From contig CAVYYI010000001.1 of the NCBI GenBank assembly GCA_963772725.1, positions 1,152,001 to 1,216,000 on the forward strand: a stretch of DNA of 64,000 nt, in the 5' to 3' direction. Positions 53,616-64,000 of this stretch are shown piece after piece; the stretch's first letter is position 1, and each line of letters begins with the position of its first letter. The DNA is from an uncultured Phycisphaerales bacterium. GTDB taxonomy: Bacteria > Planctomycetota > Phycisphaerae > Sedimentisphaerales > Anaerobacaceae. Both the position numbers and the translations under genes were made by a program. Under the pieces are notes generated by a model that did no database searches, was not told where the DNA came from, and saw nothing but the letters and a program-made list of their open reading frames with translations.

Positions 53616-56600
53616 CTAATACCCAGATGTGCCGCCAAAGCTGGAATAACTTCTCGAACCAAGCACAATTCAGGGACGCCCTGAGGCCAGATGCTCAGCA
53701 TAATCGACTGACTGTCCAACGAACTATCAGCATTAAATGTAAAGCCTGTACATACCCTGTGATACCGTCTGATTAGCGTTATCTGGCTGCGAAGGCTTGC
53801 CTCGTAATCGAAGTCATACTGCTGCGCAAAAATAACCGTATATCGCGGGTCTATTGCATACGTTATCGCGAATGTTACCGCGTTGGAGCCTGTCTGGTCA
53901 AGCACCTCAACGCGTCTCAAATACCTGCTTCCGATATAATAACTCAGGTTAGGCCAGACCAGGCGTGAAAAGCCTATATTATACTGCTGTACAACTCCGC
54001 TTTGCATATCGTAATTCAAATCGCTCAGCAACGCCGTCACATCGGTCATTCGCCATACATAATCCGCGCCGAAATAATTCCGCCGAGGCCCCCATGTCTC
54101 GAACCGCGGCAGATTGCGAGTCGAGTCAAGGTCACCGCCGAATATCGACGGCGCAGATAAAACCCGCAGCGGAACTAACTGATTGTTCCAGATAAATTCA
54201 TCCGGGCCGGAAGTCCCGGCCTCATCAGGGTTCTCAACGAAGGTTACATCCGTATCCAAACGCATCCAGTCAACCGTCTTTTCATTTGCTCCCGTGCCGC
54301 GCTTGGTCTGTAATCGCTGAGAAAGACCGACATTTACCATATCATGCTGGTTTTCCAGTGAAGAACTTTCTTCGAAATGCACCACCGTCATTTCCGGCTC
54401 TATGATATGCCTTAACTGGTTCAAATCCCACAGTCGCGATTTGACATCAGGATAAACCTTCCATAGCGGCCGGGGAGAAACACGAACTCCGCCCTCACCG
54501 AACCACAATTCCTTGTCCCCAAATTCGCCGGTATTGCTGCCATCCACAAGGCTTCTCGTAAAACCGCTGCGGTCATCGTACCCGAAGTTTCCCGCCACGA
54601 ACGGAACTACCTTGAAAGGCTCAAGATTCAAAGGCATATCGAGCTCTGTCCGGTGTGACATAAAAGAATACATCTCTTCGTTAATTTGCGTCGTATGGTC
54701 ATCGCCTATGCGCTGCCTCATGCGGCTGACCTGCGTATCGCTGTATAACGTGAATTTGTCGTCGAAAAGCGACTGGCCGGTACGGTGATATTCCACAGTC
54801 GGAAGTTCCTCAAGCTCATCGGCGAAATCGTTAATCCTGCCTTTACCCAGAATCGACAGACCCCAGTTGTCCTCTATCCTCTTGAGGTGAACATAAGTCT
54901 CCTGGCGATTGCTCGTAAAAAACTCATCACGGAAAAAACTCTCCATAAAATGTTCGTCTGAAATATAGGCTAATCCAGTCGTCAACTGCCAGTTATTCGG
55001 CAGGAACGTCCGGTTTTCCCACGTGAACATTCCGCGAAGCTCATTCGGCGGCTCAAGATTCTTCCTGCTGTAATCTCTGCCGAGCCTGTCCTCGCCGCTG
55101 TCTTGTATTATGTATCCGAGCATTCTGCCGAAATTACGCTCCCTCTTATAATCAACATCAATTCCCGCCCCGGGTCCGCGCTTACTGTAATAATCGAGGT
55201 TTAATGTGCTATTGGTTCCCTCCGGCTCCTGCAGACCAAGCAGCCGCGACAAATACCACCGCGTTTCAACGGATGTGCCGAAGCTGTTGCTATTACCTAC
55301 GCTCACACTCTTTATTGGAACGTCCGACTGCTCAAGATTGCTTCTAACCTTAGGCCAGTAAAATACCGTTGTCCCGCCGACATTAAATTTAACTTTACGC
55401 ATCTCAACATCATAACTGCTGTCCGAAAATTTTCCCGTCTCCTGGTCAACCGTGGTAGTATCCGTGATTGTCGCGTCCTCTGCCGTCATCGAGAGCTGCG
55501 GCTTATGAAATTCACTTGTCGTAATTGTTATTTGTTCCGCCTTGAACTGGTTTTCCGCCACCTGCCGGATTTTCGCCGCCCGAACATATATAGGAACGCC
55601 TCGCTTCGGGTCGAAATTTTTTATCTCCGCATTGACCGCCAGCGCCTTCTTCTCCTCAAAATCATAATAAATCTCATCCGCGCGAATCGTCCTCAGCCCT
55701 TCGGTCATCACAACATTGCCGCCGAGATAAACGGCCTTAATCCCGCTTTTCGATAGAACATCTTCCGTTCCCGCTGCCTCTTTACCCGATGGCGTCCCGC
55801 CGGCATAAAATACAACCGCGCTATCCCCTTTAAGTTCCAGCAGCATGCCGGACTCATCCTGCTTTTGCCAAACATAAAATTTCTGCATAATCGTCGCGAC
55901 ATTAGTACCATCAGGGCCTCTGACTGACTCCATCCGCAAAGGCTTATCGTCTATCGACGCAAAATTTATCGGGTATGAAAACTTCACTTCCTTTTCGGCC
56001 TTTTTAACAGGAGCGGCTTTTTTCCCCGCCTTGGCGAACAATCCGGGCTTTTTCTCTTTTACTTTCTTCGCCGTCTTAGCGGGTTCCTCTCCCGGCAGAG
56101 GCGGAACTTCCGCCCCAGGCTGAACCACAAACAAAGGCCCTTCCGGAACCGTCATGGATACCGCCAGCGCCTTTTCGTACAATTCCGTACCTCGCGGGTC
56201 AGCGGTCTGTCTTTGCTCCGCGGTAACAAAAACCTCACCGCTTACATTGAACCGCACAATCTCGCTTTTGCCATCTTCAGTTACAGTCCGGCTCAAATCC
56301 GCGGTCAAGGCGTTTTCCGATTTCTTAAGCGATACATCGCCCTGCATGTACGCCTCAGCTCTGTATTCGACGCTGACCTTGCCGCGATGCTCAGAAGTTA
56401 TGCTGTTCAGCCTGACTACCGCCTTACCGCTGGTAAATGTATTACCCCCTATCGACATTGAAAAACCGTCATCAAAAACAAATATATGCTCGCCGGTACT
56501 TATCTGGTAGCTTACCAGTTTGTGTCCTCCCATACGAAGGTCCTGGCCGCTAAAGGCGCTTGCCAGCCCGCTATCGACTGCCCGCGAAACTGCAGTCGTC

Positions 56601-56659
56601 AGTATGGCTATCATCCCTGCCGCGACCAAAACCGCTATCTGCTTCTTTTGCATATTCAT
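53616..56659 (-). CDS. lptD: LPS-assembly protein LptD-like outer-membrane protein, frameshift near 53665
   Basis: Signal peptide, IRADEIYYDF, DYYSKRGPGAG, ISDEHF, RHIIEP, QRLQTKRG, beta-strand-rich C-terminus; the ORF run-on into dinD is caused by the indel. Confidence 0.72.
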
Positions 56660-56880
56660 ATTCCGTTACTGTGCAAAACTCAGCCTTAAAACGATAATTT
56701 TTGTGAATTATAGCCTTTCCCCCGCATAATACCAGCAAAAATCCTGTTAATAATCGATAACTTGACTTATTTTGTTTAATCAGGTAAAAAACACCATTAA
56801 CAGGGCCCCGACCACTCGCCGTGCTGCCCCCGTCGCAGCAGGTGAAGGAGGGGTATATTATTTTTTTTGAGAAACAGAAA

Positions 56881-57153
56881 ATGGCTAAACAAGAACGTTC
56901 CGACTATCAGAATAAAATAATTGCCAACTATTACGGCAATCTCAACGTTATTATGCTCCAAAGGCTAAGCGAACTGGTTACTGAACTTTATTTAGCCGAC
57001 AAGCCCGCGAAGAAAAAACAGCTTTGGGAAAGGGCACATAAGTCTATGGTCAATCTCAAAATCCCCCCTGCCCTGATTGAACATATAATGCAAAAACAAA
57101 GCGTCGAAATCCTCGCCAAAAACATCCAGGACTGGCTTAAAGCAAAAAAATGA
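56881..57153 (+). CDS. Small hypothetical protein
   Basis: YQNKIIANYY..LQRLSELVTELYLA..LWERA; plausible start and composition. Confidence 0.7.
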   Translation: MAKQERSDYQNKIIANYYGNLNVIMLQRLSELVTELYLADKPAKKKQLWERAHKSMVNLKIPPALIEHIMQKQSVEILAKNIQDWLKAKK

Positions 57154-57221
57154 AGCGAGCGACAAATCTTGTTTCTCGCAAAGATGCTAAGAAGCAAAGA
57201 AATTTTAGATGGGATTTAACC

Positions 57222-60095
57222 TTATACGCTCCACGCTGTACGCTGTTTTTCCCCTTCCACGATTTTTATTTCCTCTTGCGTTAAACCGTATAATTCATAA
57301 ACCAACCCGTCAATCTGCCCATCCGTTGCCGTTATCTGCCGCCCCAGTCGCACTTTTTCATCAGGCGTTTTCGCCGCATTTATTTTCTTGTGCAATTCCA
57401 AAATCTGCTCTACAAGTGAAACTATCTTATCGTGTTCCGTCTTTTCTGACTTCTTTAAAAAATTAATTGTGCGAATAGGAAGTTGTTTGATGACGCTCGG
57501 TTTTATTTCGGCAAAGATTTTCCCTGTTTGGGGATTGCCGAGTTTATACACAAAGCCCATCATCTTTGAATTTATAAGACCAAGCAAGAATTTGAGGTTG
57601 ATTTCATATGAATAAATTATGAAGACAGAATTCTGACAATAAAACATCTTGTCATCATAGCATGCCCGTAAAGTATCGCTGGTTTGACGCATTAGAATTT
57701 TTGGCTTTAATATAACATCTTCGTTTGAAGGATACATGAGCCATTTACCATATTTGATAAATTGATCGCCGGGAAAATATATTTCATAACGATTTACATC
57801 TTTTCCGACCAAAAGAGGTTTCCACTGGTTCCCATCACATGTTTTGGAATGATATACTCTCTTTTCAAGCATTTCTTTTGTCTGAGGAGGAATTCCGTAA
57901 CCAACTTGGTACGGTTTAATACCCCATATTATAAAACAATTCTGTTGAAAATCTTGACTTAAATTGCGAATTTTTTTTAGCAATTGTTGTGTCTTTAAAT
58001 CCAAATCTATAATGATGCGACAGTAGTCGTCATTAAGCCAAATAGATTTCGAAACCATGTGGTCAAATACTCTTTTCCCTTTGCGAAAACGTATCGTTCG
58101 GCAATTAGCATCAGTATCGTTTATATTTTCCAACAAAATTATACAACTCTCAACAATAGCTTGCTTGAAGACACCATCTCCATGATCGACTACTTCATGA
58201 ATCTTCAAGGATAGTAATTTATGGCGATATTCCTTAGCATTATTTATCAATAGCCAAGTATTAGGGACGATATAACCAAGAAAACCTGATTTACGAAGCA
58301 CTTCTATAGCATGAGAAATAAAAAATAAATAACTATCTTTTGTCTTAGTCGGAACTGTAGGAAAATGGCTAACAAGGTAATCGCGTTCTTGTTTTGTAAA
58401 CTCAGCTCCCCAAGGTGGGTTTCCGATGACTACATCGAAGCCGCCCTGTTTGAAGACCTCCGCGAATTCCGCCTTCCAGTCGAAGGCATTTATCTTGTAT
58501 TTTTCCTCTTCGTCAAAAAAGTTAAGCTGCTGGTTTTCGTAAAAATCAGGCCCAATCAGCGAGTTGCCGCACTTGATATTTCCCGCCAAATCAGGCAGCG
58601 CACGCTCGTGAAATAATTTCAATGTTGACCCGATAGTCTCCTGTGTCTCATTTTCCAGCACTTTCAATAAAAGCGATAGCTTCGTTACCTCTACCGCCTG
58701 TGAATCAATATCCACGCCGAAAATATTGTTTAAGAGAATATTCTTCTTTTCGGAAATCGTAAGATACCACTGTCCGCCCTTACCCTGATATATTTGTTTA
58801 TTATATTTCGATGCGTCCTTTGCGTAATAGTCCCTGTGATAATTCAAAAGATACTGATACGCCCCGATAAGGAAAGAGCCGCTGCCGCAGGCCGGGTCGA
58901 GTATCCGCAATTTCGCAATCTGTTTCGGTGTCTTGCCCCCAACCAGTTTCCCCACCGTATTAGCCACAATGTAATCAACGATATATGACGGCGTATAATA
59001 AACTCCGCCTGCCTTTTTAACCTCGGGCTTATCCTCAACCTTTGCCTGATGAGAGGCGGTGAGTCGAATTACCTTGCCTAAAAACTGTTCATAGACGTTG
59101 CCGAGAATCTCGGCTGGCAAAACAGAAAATTCATAAGGGCTGTACGGATAATAAAGTGACTTGATAATCTCACTAAGATGCTTATCCTCAATATTAAGGT
59201 TAGGGGTTAAATCGTCAGGCGGTTCAGGACGCTGGCGTTCCTGCGTAAAATGAAATAAGCCCGAATTGTATTTCTCATCCGCACGCTGAAAAATCTGGTA
59301 AAGCCTTTTATAAATCTCCCTGCCGTTTATTAAGGCCAAAAGCTGCCCGTACTGTTCTATCCCCCTGTCCTCGCACATCCGAAGAAAAAGAATCCTGTCG
59401 ATTGTCAACTGCACCGAATAATTCAACTGCCGATTGCTCAGTGACTCATTTCTGATGGCGATATTTTTTGCCAGCATCTCCCGCCACGATTCAATTTCAT
59501 TTAGAAATTCCGCGTCAACGCTCGATGTGCCGCGTTTGCCTTTTGTTCCAACCGCGAATTTATCGAACGAGCCTTTAAGTACCGCTTCCTTACTAAATAA
59601 CCCCGCTATCTCATCCCACCGCTCCGCGTAATCCTTAAAGGTAAGATACATTATCCGCCCGACCGCCGCCTTATCGCCCGTATCAGGCCGTTTTGTGCAA
59701 TCGTAAACCGCGAACTCCTCAAAATCGGTCAGAATGGATAAAGGCAGTTTCGCACTCCAGGCGTACCTGCGCAATTGATACGCAGGCTCGATATCGCCTT
59801 TTATATCTACCGAAGGCTTTTTCGCCTCTAAAAAGAATTTCCTCGTCCCGCCGATACGAAAACAATAATCCGGCGCCTTGGTTGCTGAACCTATCTTTAT
59901 TGAATCCTCGTGAACAACGTCCTTATACGCCGGCGCGTTTCCCTGAGTGTTATTCACATCCCAGCCCAAAGCCATAAAAAACGGGTCTATAAACTCATGC
60001 CGAATCTGCGTCTCGTTATATCCGTTGCTCCTGTAAGTCTCAATATTTCGCTCGAAAGTCTCGACAAGCTGCAAAACATCTTTTGGCGCCGCCAT
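57222..60095 (-). CDS. Type IIG (Eco57I-like) fused restriction-modification enzyme
   Basis: N-terminal PD..EAK nuclease motif, GVYYTP, ILDPACGSG, IGNPPW, TaqI_C-like TRD (PKILMRQT), coiled C-terminus. Confidence 0.9.
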   Translation of the reverse strand: MAAPKDVLQLVETFERNIETYRSNGYNETQIRHEFIDPFFMALGWDVNNTQGNAPAYKDVVHEDSIKIGSATKAPDYCFRIGGTRKFFLEAKKPSVDIKGDIEPAYQLRRYAWSAKLPLSILTDFEEFAVYDCTKRPDTGDKAAVGRIMYLTFKDYAERWDEIAGLFSKEAVLKGSFDKFAVGTKGKRGTSSVDAEFLNEIESWREMLAKNIAIRNESLSNRQLNYSVQLTIDRILFLRMCEDRGIEQYGQLLALINGREIYKRLYQIFQRADEKYNSGLFHFTQERQRPEPPDDLTPNLNIEDKHLSEIIKSLYYPYSPYEFSVLPAEILGNVYEQFLGKVIRLTASHQAKVEDKPEVKKAGGVYYTPSYIVDYIVANTVGKLVGGKTPKQIAKLRILDPACGSGSFLIGAYQYLLNYHRDYYAKDASKYNKQIYQGKGGQWYLTISEKKNILLNNIFGVDIDSQAVEVTKLSLLLKVLENETQETIGSTLKLFHERALPDLAGNIKCGNSLIGPDFYENQQLNFFDEEEKYKINAFDWKAEFAEVFKQGGFDVVIGNPPWGAEFTKQERDYLVSHFPTVPTKTKDSYLFFISHAIEVLRKSGFLGYIVPNTWLLINNAKEYRHKLLSLKIHEVVDHGDGVFKQAIVESCIILLENINDTDANCRTIRFRKGKRVFDHMVSKSIWLNDDYCRIIIDLDLKTQQLLKKIRNLSQDFQQNCFIIWGIKPYQVGYGIPPQTKEMLEKRVYHSKTCDGNQWKPLLVGKDVNRYEIYFPGDQFIKYGKWLMYPSNEDVILKPKILMRQTSDTLRACYDDKMFYCQNSVFIIYSYEINLKFLLGLINSKMMGFVYKLGNPQTGKIFAEIKPSVIKQLPIRTINFLKKSEKTEHDKIVSLVEQILELHKKINAAKTPDEKVRLGRQITATDGQIDGLVYELYGLTQEEIKIVEGEKQRTAWSV

Positions 60096-60507
60096 TTTTT
60101 ATTCCCCGAAAATTAATCCTTAATTTTTGGCCGAATACTACCATTTTCCCGCATTCGCAACAACCATTTTTTAATTGATAGCGGATTTTTGCAGTGTAAT
60201 GTTTTTGCCGGCGCGGCATGGGGTCGCGGGGCTTTCGGATAAAATAAAAAATTTTTAAACGGCAATAAATGGGGGGGTGAATCCGTCTTAGCGGGTGAAA
60301 ATAGTAAAGGAGCGTAAAATATGAATAAAAAAGAGAGAGCCTCGAAGGGCGTTTTGGGTCAGATTCCCGGGGCGATAGCCCTGATAATAAACGAAAATCG
60401 CCAGGCGGCGCGAAAATTATTGAAAAAATGCAATAAAATTGTAACGAAGGTTCGTCTTTACCTATGAAAGAAAATTTTGATACAGAAGTTTTTGAAAGGG
60501 AAAGATT

Positions 60508-61296
60508 ATGTTAAAGAAAATTATGCTTATAATTGCGGCAGTTGCTCTGACGGCAGGGGTATGTGTTTTCGCTGAGGAAAAGGCGAATGACCCGCCGCAA
60601 AAGAGACAGCGGATGCAGAGGGAAAAAAGGCAGGCGCCGGAGTTTAAGGAAGAACAGCAGATGCGTGAAGAAGGCCGAAAAGAGGCTAAGGATGAGGCTG
60701 GTTTACCCGCAATGGAGAGATTAGATAACTGGCTGAAAGAACTGAAAAAGGCGGTCAACGACAATGATAAGGAAAAAGTCAATGGTTTGATTGCGAAGAT
60801 GGAGCAGCGGACAAAGGAAATACGCGGGCGAGTCGAAAAGTTTCGTGAAAGACCCGGAATGGCGGGAGAGGGCAGGGAGCGTTTACGTGAGGAATTCGGC
60901 AACAGGCGAATAGCCCCTCAGGGAGAAATGCCGATGCGCGGTCGTGAATTTTATGGTTACGGGCAAGGAATGAGTCGATGGGGTGACGGTATGGGCGATC
61001 CTGGAATGCGGCGTGAGTTTCCGCGGATGGAAAGACAGCAGAGACGCGGTATGGAACGGCAACATGGCATGTACGGGCCGAGAATGTGTCCGCCGCGGAT
61101 GAGGATGCAGCGACGCGGCATGGGCTGCGGCTATGGATACGGATACGGTTTTGGCGGCGGCGCGATGAACTGGCGGGATAACGGTTTTCCGCAAAGGCGG
61201 GGAATGGGGCCGCTGAAAGAGGATATGAACAGGCAGCCATACAGCGGCGGCAGAGGGCGGCCAATGCAGAGATGGGACCCTGAAGAAGAATATTGA
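60508..61296 (+). CDS. Exported low-complexity Arg/Gly/Met/Glu-rich protein
   Basis: Signal peptide ending VFA, helical middle, RG/M-rich C-terminal half; followed by a terminator. Confidence 0.75.
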   Translation: MLKKIMLIIAAVALTAGVCVFAEEKANDPPQKRQRMQREKRQAPEFKEEQQMREEGRKEAKDEAGLPAMERLDNWLKELKKAVNDNDKEKVNGLIAKMEQRTKEIRGRVEKFRERPGMAGEGRERLREEFGNRRIAPQGEMPMRGREFYGYGQGMSRWGDGMGDPGMRREFPRMERQQRRGMERQHGMYGPRMCPPRMRMQRRGMGCGYGYGYGFGGGAMNWRDNGFPQRRGMGPLKEDMNRQPYSGGRGRPMQRWDPEEEY

Positions 61297-61327
61297 TGTA
61301 AGAAAGCCCTATTAATACCTTTTCGAA

Positions 61328-61367
61328 ATGAGGCTGTGTCATGCTATGACGCAGCCTTATTTTTTTT
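61328..61367 (+). terminator. Rho-independent terminator
   Basis: ATGAGGCTGTGTCAT/ATGACGCAGCCTTAT stem followed by a T-run. Confidence 0.85.
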
Positions 61368-61545
61368 GAAGACAGGGTTGAAAAACAGAACCGGTGTTTT
61401 CAGGGCGGCGTAATTATTAATGATGGGTATGAAAATAAATTTTTACCCTGCTATTGCATTGGCCAAGGTGACGTGGTAGTATATTAATAGGAGTGTAGAA
61501 AAGGGCAGGACGCCAATAATAAACATTTTTAGAAAGGGGGCTGTT

Positions 61546-61881
61546 ATGGCCAACGAAGAAAAAGGTGCGGAAGCTGTAGAAATGTCAGCAATTAAAGAGG
61601 ATTTCCAGAAGTTAGAGGGCGACATTAAAGAGATGTTGCGCACTCTTAGTTCGCAGGGAAAGGAGAAATTAGCGGAAACAAAGGTGCGGCTCGAAGGAGC
61701 GATTAGAAGTCTCAAAGGCAACGCACAGGAGAAACTTGGCGACGCGTACGATTGTGTTCGTGAACACAGCCAGCAAGCGATGGAAATAAGCAGAAAGAAA
61801 ATAGAGGAAAGGCCGCTTACGGCGGTATTCGCGGCTTTTGTTGCGGGGATATTGTTCACCAAGTTAATCGACCGGAGGTAA
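61546..61881 (+). CDS. DUF883/ElaB/YqjD family protein
   Basis: IKEDFQKL..DI, IEERPLTAVFAAFVAGIL C-terminal anchor. Confidence 0.85.
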   Translation: MANEEKGAEAVEMSAIKEDFQKLEGDIKEMLRTLSSQGKEKLAETKVRLEGAIRSLKGNAQEKLGDAYDCVREHSQQAMEISRKKIEERPLTAVFAAFVAGILFTKLIDRR

Positions 61882-61884
61882 CCA

Positions 61885-62203
61885 ATGGGTGCGATAACGG
61901 ATTTCATTAAAAGTGTGGGAGACATATTGTACACGCTGCTCAAGGCAGAGGGAAAACTTCTGGCGGGAATGATTGAAGGCGAGGCGAAGTGTCTGGAATA
62001 TCGCTTGAAACGCCTGTGTCACTGGTGCTGGATGCTGCTGTTTTACGTGCTTTTGCTTCTAACGGGTGTGTGGCTGTTATGTGGGCGCATTTAAGCTGCT
62101 GGCCGCGACGACCGGTGACGGAGTGGCGGTGCTGATTATGGGCGCGATAGTAAGCCTGCTGGCGATTACGTTTATTGTGGCGGCCAAAAGCTCCGTTAAA
62201 TAA
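61885..62203 (+). CDS. YqjE-like small membrane protein, frameshift near 62080
   Basis: Follows the ElaB-like gene; two TM segments when the frames are joined; TAA at 62201-62203. Confidence 0.55.
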
Positions 62204-62406
62204 GCCGCGATTTTGGGGGCTTGTTTTGAAAATCTCCGAAAATACAATCGCCTGTATAATTTATACAGGGTGAGGGGAATTAGTCCAGCCAAATAACAAG
62301 TGCGGCTTGTAAAAGGCAGGAACTTGTTTTATAATGCCCGCCCTGACGGTTTTCAGGAAATAGGTCTGTTTTGAGTTATTGTTATTATTTTGAAAGAAAG
62401 AGTTAG

Positions 62407-62709
62407 ATGAGCAAAAGGTATTTGTACGGAGCGATTGACATAGCGAACCTCAAGGCGATGGCGATAGGGACGAGTGAAGAGAAAATCAGGGAGTTTATTT
62501 CAGGCAAAGCGGATAAGACGGTAAAACGATTCAAGGTGATTATCGAAATGGGGAAGAATTACAACGTCAAATTGAATATCGATGATTTTTCGCCTGACGT
62601 GGCCAATTTCGAGGAGGTGAACTTAAAAATGCGAAGGCTGTGGGAGTTGATTTACCTGTTTGAAACGGATTTATCGGAATCGAATATGGAAATTTTCATT
62701 TTCGAGTAA
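62407..62709 (+). CDS. Hypothetical protein
   Basis: 100-aa ORF with plausible RBS and composition. Confidence 0.6.
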   Translation: MSKRYLYGAIDIANLKAMAIGTSEEKIREFISGKADKTVKRFKVIIEMGKNYNVKLNIDDFSPDVANFEEVNLKMRRLWELIYLFETDLSESNMEIFIFE

Positions 62710-63057
62710 AATAACCGCGGAGGTCGCAGAGAACGCAAAGTAAAAATATTTATTTAACCACAGATTTAACCTGTGAGATATTGGGTTAATCTCACGGGTT
62801 GAACACCGATTATCACAGACCAAAAGAGACCACTTATGACTAAATTTGCCGCTGGACAAGTTAGAAACACCGGGGTAAACTTATGATATGGTTTTTAATC
62901 GATAAATGATTATGATAAATATGGTCAAAAATAAATAAAAATAAGCATGGTGTCAGATATGCTGATATGCTAATTCTAAATTATATAATGCGTTAAAGCT
63001 ATTTTATCGGCAGTACCCAGATGAGTTATATTATAAATCGAATCAAAGATTATCCAA

Positions 63058-64000
63058 ATGACACTGATTAAAAAGGAAAATAAATCTAAGAGAAGTTGGC
63101 GGGATAAAGACCCCGCCCTACATTCTGCTGCTGGTTCGGTGAATTTTATATTGATTCTGGCTGTGGTGATTCTGTTCGGCATATTTTTAAGAATCTACCT
63201 TCTGGCAGACCAGATACTAATAGACGATGAATGGCAGGGAATGAATTATGCGGCGGGATGTAATTCGCTTTTTTATCTGCTCATTCATTTTGCAATGCCG
63301 GGAGCAACATGTATTCCGCAAAATGTTTACAATTATGTGCTGCTGAATACAACCGGGTGGAGTGAAATACTGCTGCGGCTGCCGTCCATTATATGCGGTA
63401 TTTTGAGTATGGTGATTTTTCCCTGGCTGATAAGAAAGGTGTTTAGCCGCCGCACCACTGTTATTTTTACGTTCCTTCTTGCAATATCTCCCTTTTTGGT
63501 TTTTTACAGTCGTGTTGCCAGGCCTTACAGTATGGTTACATTCTTGGGGTTTGTATCCATTTGGGCATTGTATTTATGGGCAACAAATGGAGAGAAAAAA
63601 TACGCTGTTCTGTATGCAGTAACCGGTATATTGGCTATATATTTTCACCTTTTTGCGGTCATAGGCGTACTTGTGCCGCTTGGTTTCGCTTTTTTATTTA
63701 AGCTTATGGAAGTATCTAAGGACAGCAAAAAGAAGGTAGTGCATGTAAAACCGTCCCCGACGACAATGATTATAGTGGGGACTGTGGTTATTCTACTACC
63801 AGCTGTACTTGTTGTACCCGGTCTAATAACAAGTGATTTTCCCATGGTGATCGCAAAAGACAGAGTAACTATTAAGTCGCTAATTGGTTTTGCCCGTATG
63901 CTCAGTGGAACTGCCGAGCCGGTATGGACGGTCTTTTTTTACGGGCTGCTGATATTCGGTTTAGCTGTACTTGTAAAAAGAACACGGCTGCTCGGCTGGA
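63058..64000 (+). CDS. GT-C (PMT/GT39-like) membrane glycosyltransferase, runs off the window end
   Basis: Translated by eye: FLRIYLL..DDEW, LRLPSII.G, AISPFLVFYSRVARPYS; many TM segments. Confidence 0.75.
   Translation, partial: MTLIKKENKSKRSWRDKDPALHSAAGSVNFILILAVVILFGIFLRIYLLADQILIDDEWQGMNYAAGCNSLFYLLIHFAMPGATCIPQNVYNYVLLNTTGWSEILLRLPSIICGILSMVIFPWLIRKVFSRRTTVIFTFLLAISPFLVFYSRVARPYSMVTFLGFVSIWALYLWATNGEKKYAVLYAVTGILAIYFHLFAVIGVLVPLGFAFLFKLMEVSKDSKKKVVHVKPSPTTMIIVGTVVILLPAVLVVPGLITSDFPMVIAKDRVTIKSLIGFARMLSGTAEPVWTVFFYGLLIFGLAVLVKRTRLLGW

Noticed and set aside
53342..53616. LptD-DinD fusion suggested by the 1105-aa ORF
   Set aside because: The run-on results from an indel near 53665; the corrected frame stops at 53616 and dinD has its own RBS.
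282..62203. About 13 genes with frameshifts (kinases, ABC permease, malic enzyme, rarA, trpB2, lolD, dinD, lptD and others) as programmed frameshifting or genome decay
   Set aside because: They include normally essential genes (lolD, lptD), are single-base shifts without accumulated in-frame stops, and share no slippery motif; long-read indel error is the simplest explanation. Read polishing would settle it.

Overview
Bacterial chromosomal window, most likely a Planctomycete of the Phycisphaerae/Sedimentisphaerales type. This is inferred from the long LptD-like protein, the PEGA lipoprotein, the ECF/anti-sigma pair with a MKSKITKLAAAA segment and the dockerin-like and PEP-CTERM proteins. It is mostly housekeeping DNA: a two-component cluster, a cold-shock gene, rhomboid, ABC transporter, LPS heptosyltransferase, tRNA-Leu(CAG), malic enzyme, lon, rarA, trpB2, ilvE, lolC/E-lolC/E-lolD, lysS, S41 protease, fba, lptD and a type IIG R-M enzyme. 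About 13 genes carry single-base frameshifts, which looks like uncorrected long-read indel error. The accessory block at about 42.9-53.6 kb holds two IS elements, a 21-bp repeat array and a tandemly duplicated module [promoter - long leader - PEP-CTERM gene - RCC1-repeat surface protein gene]. The most striking signal is in the two leaders. They have diverged in sequence but keep the same multi-stem fold through compensatory changes, plus a conserved alternative pairing. They are therefore a candidate cis-regulatory RNA switch that I do not recognise, sitting in front of PEP-CTERM genes whose central domains are unrelated. All gene calls come from motif recognition by eye; no searches were run.
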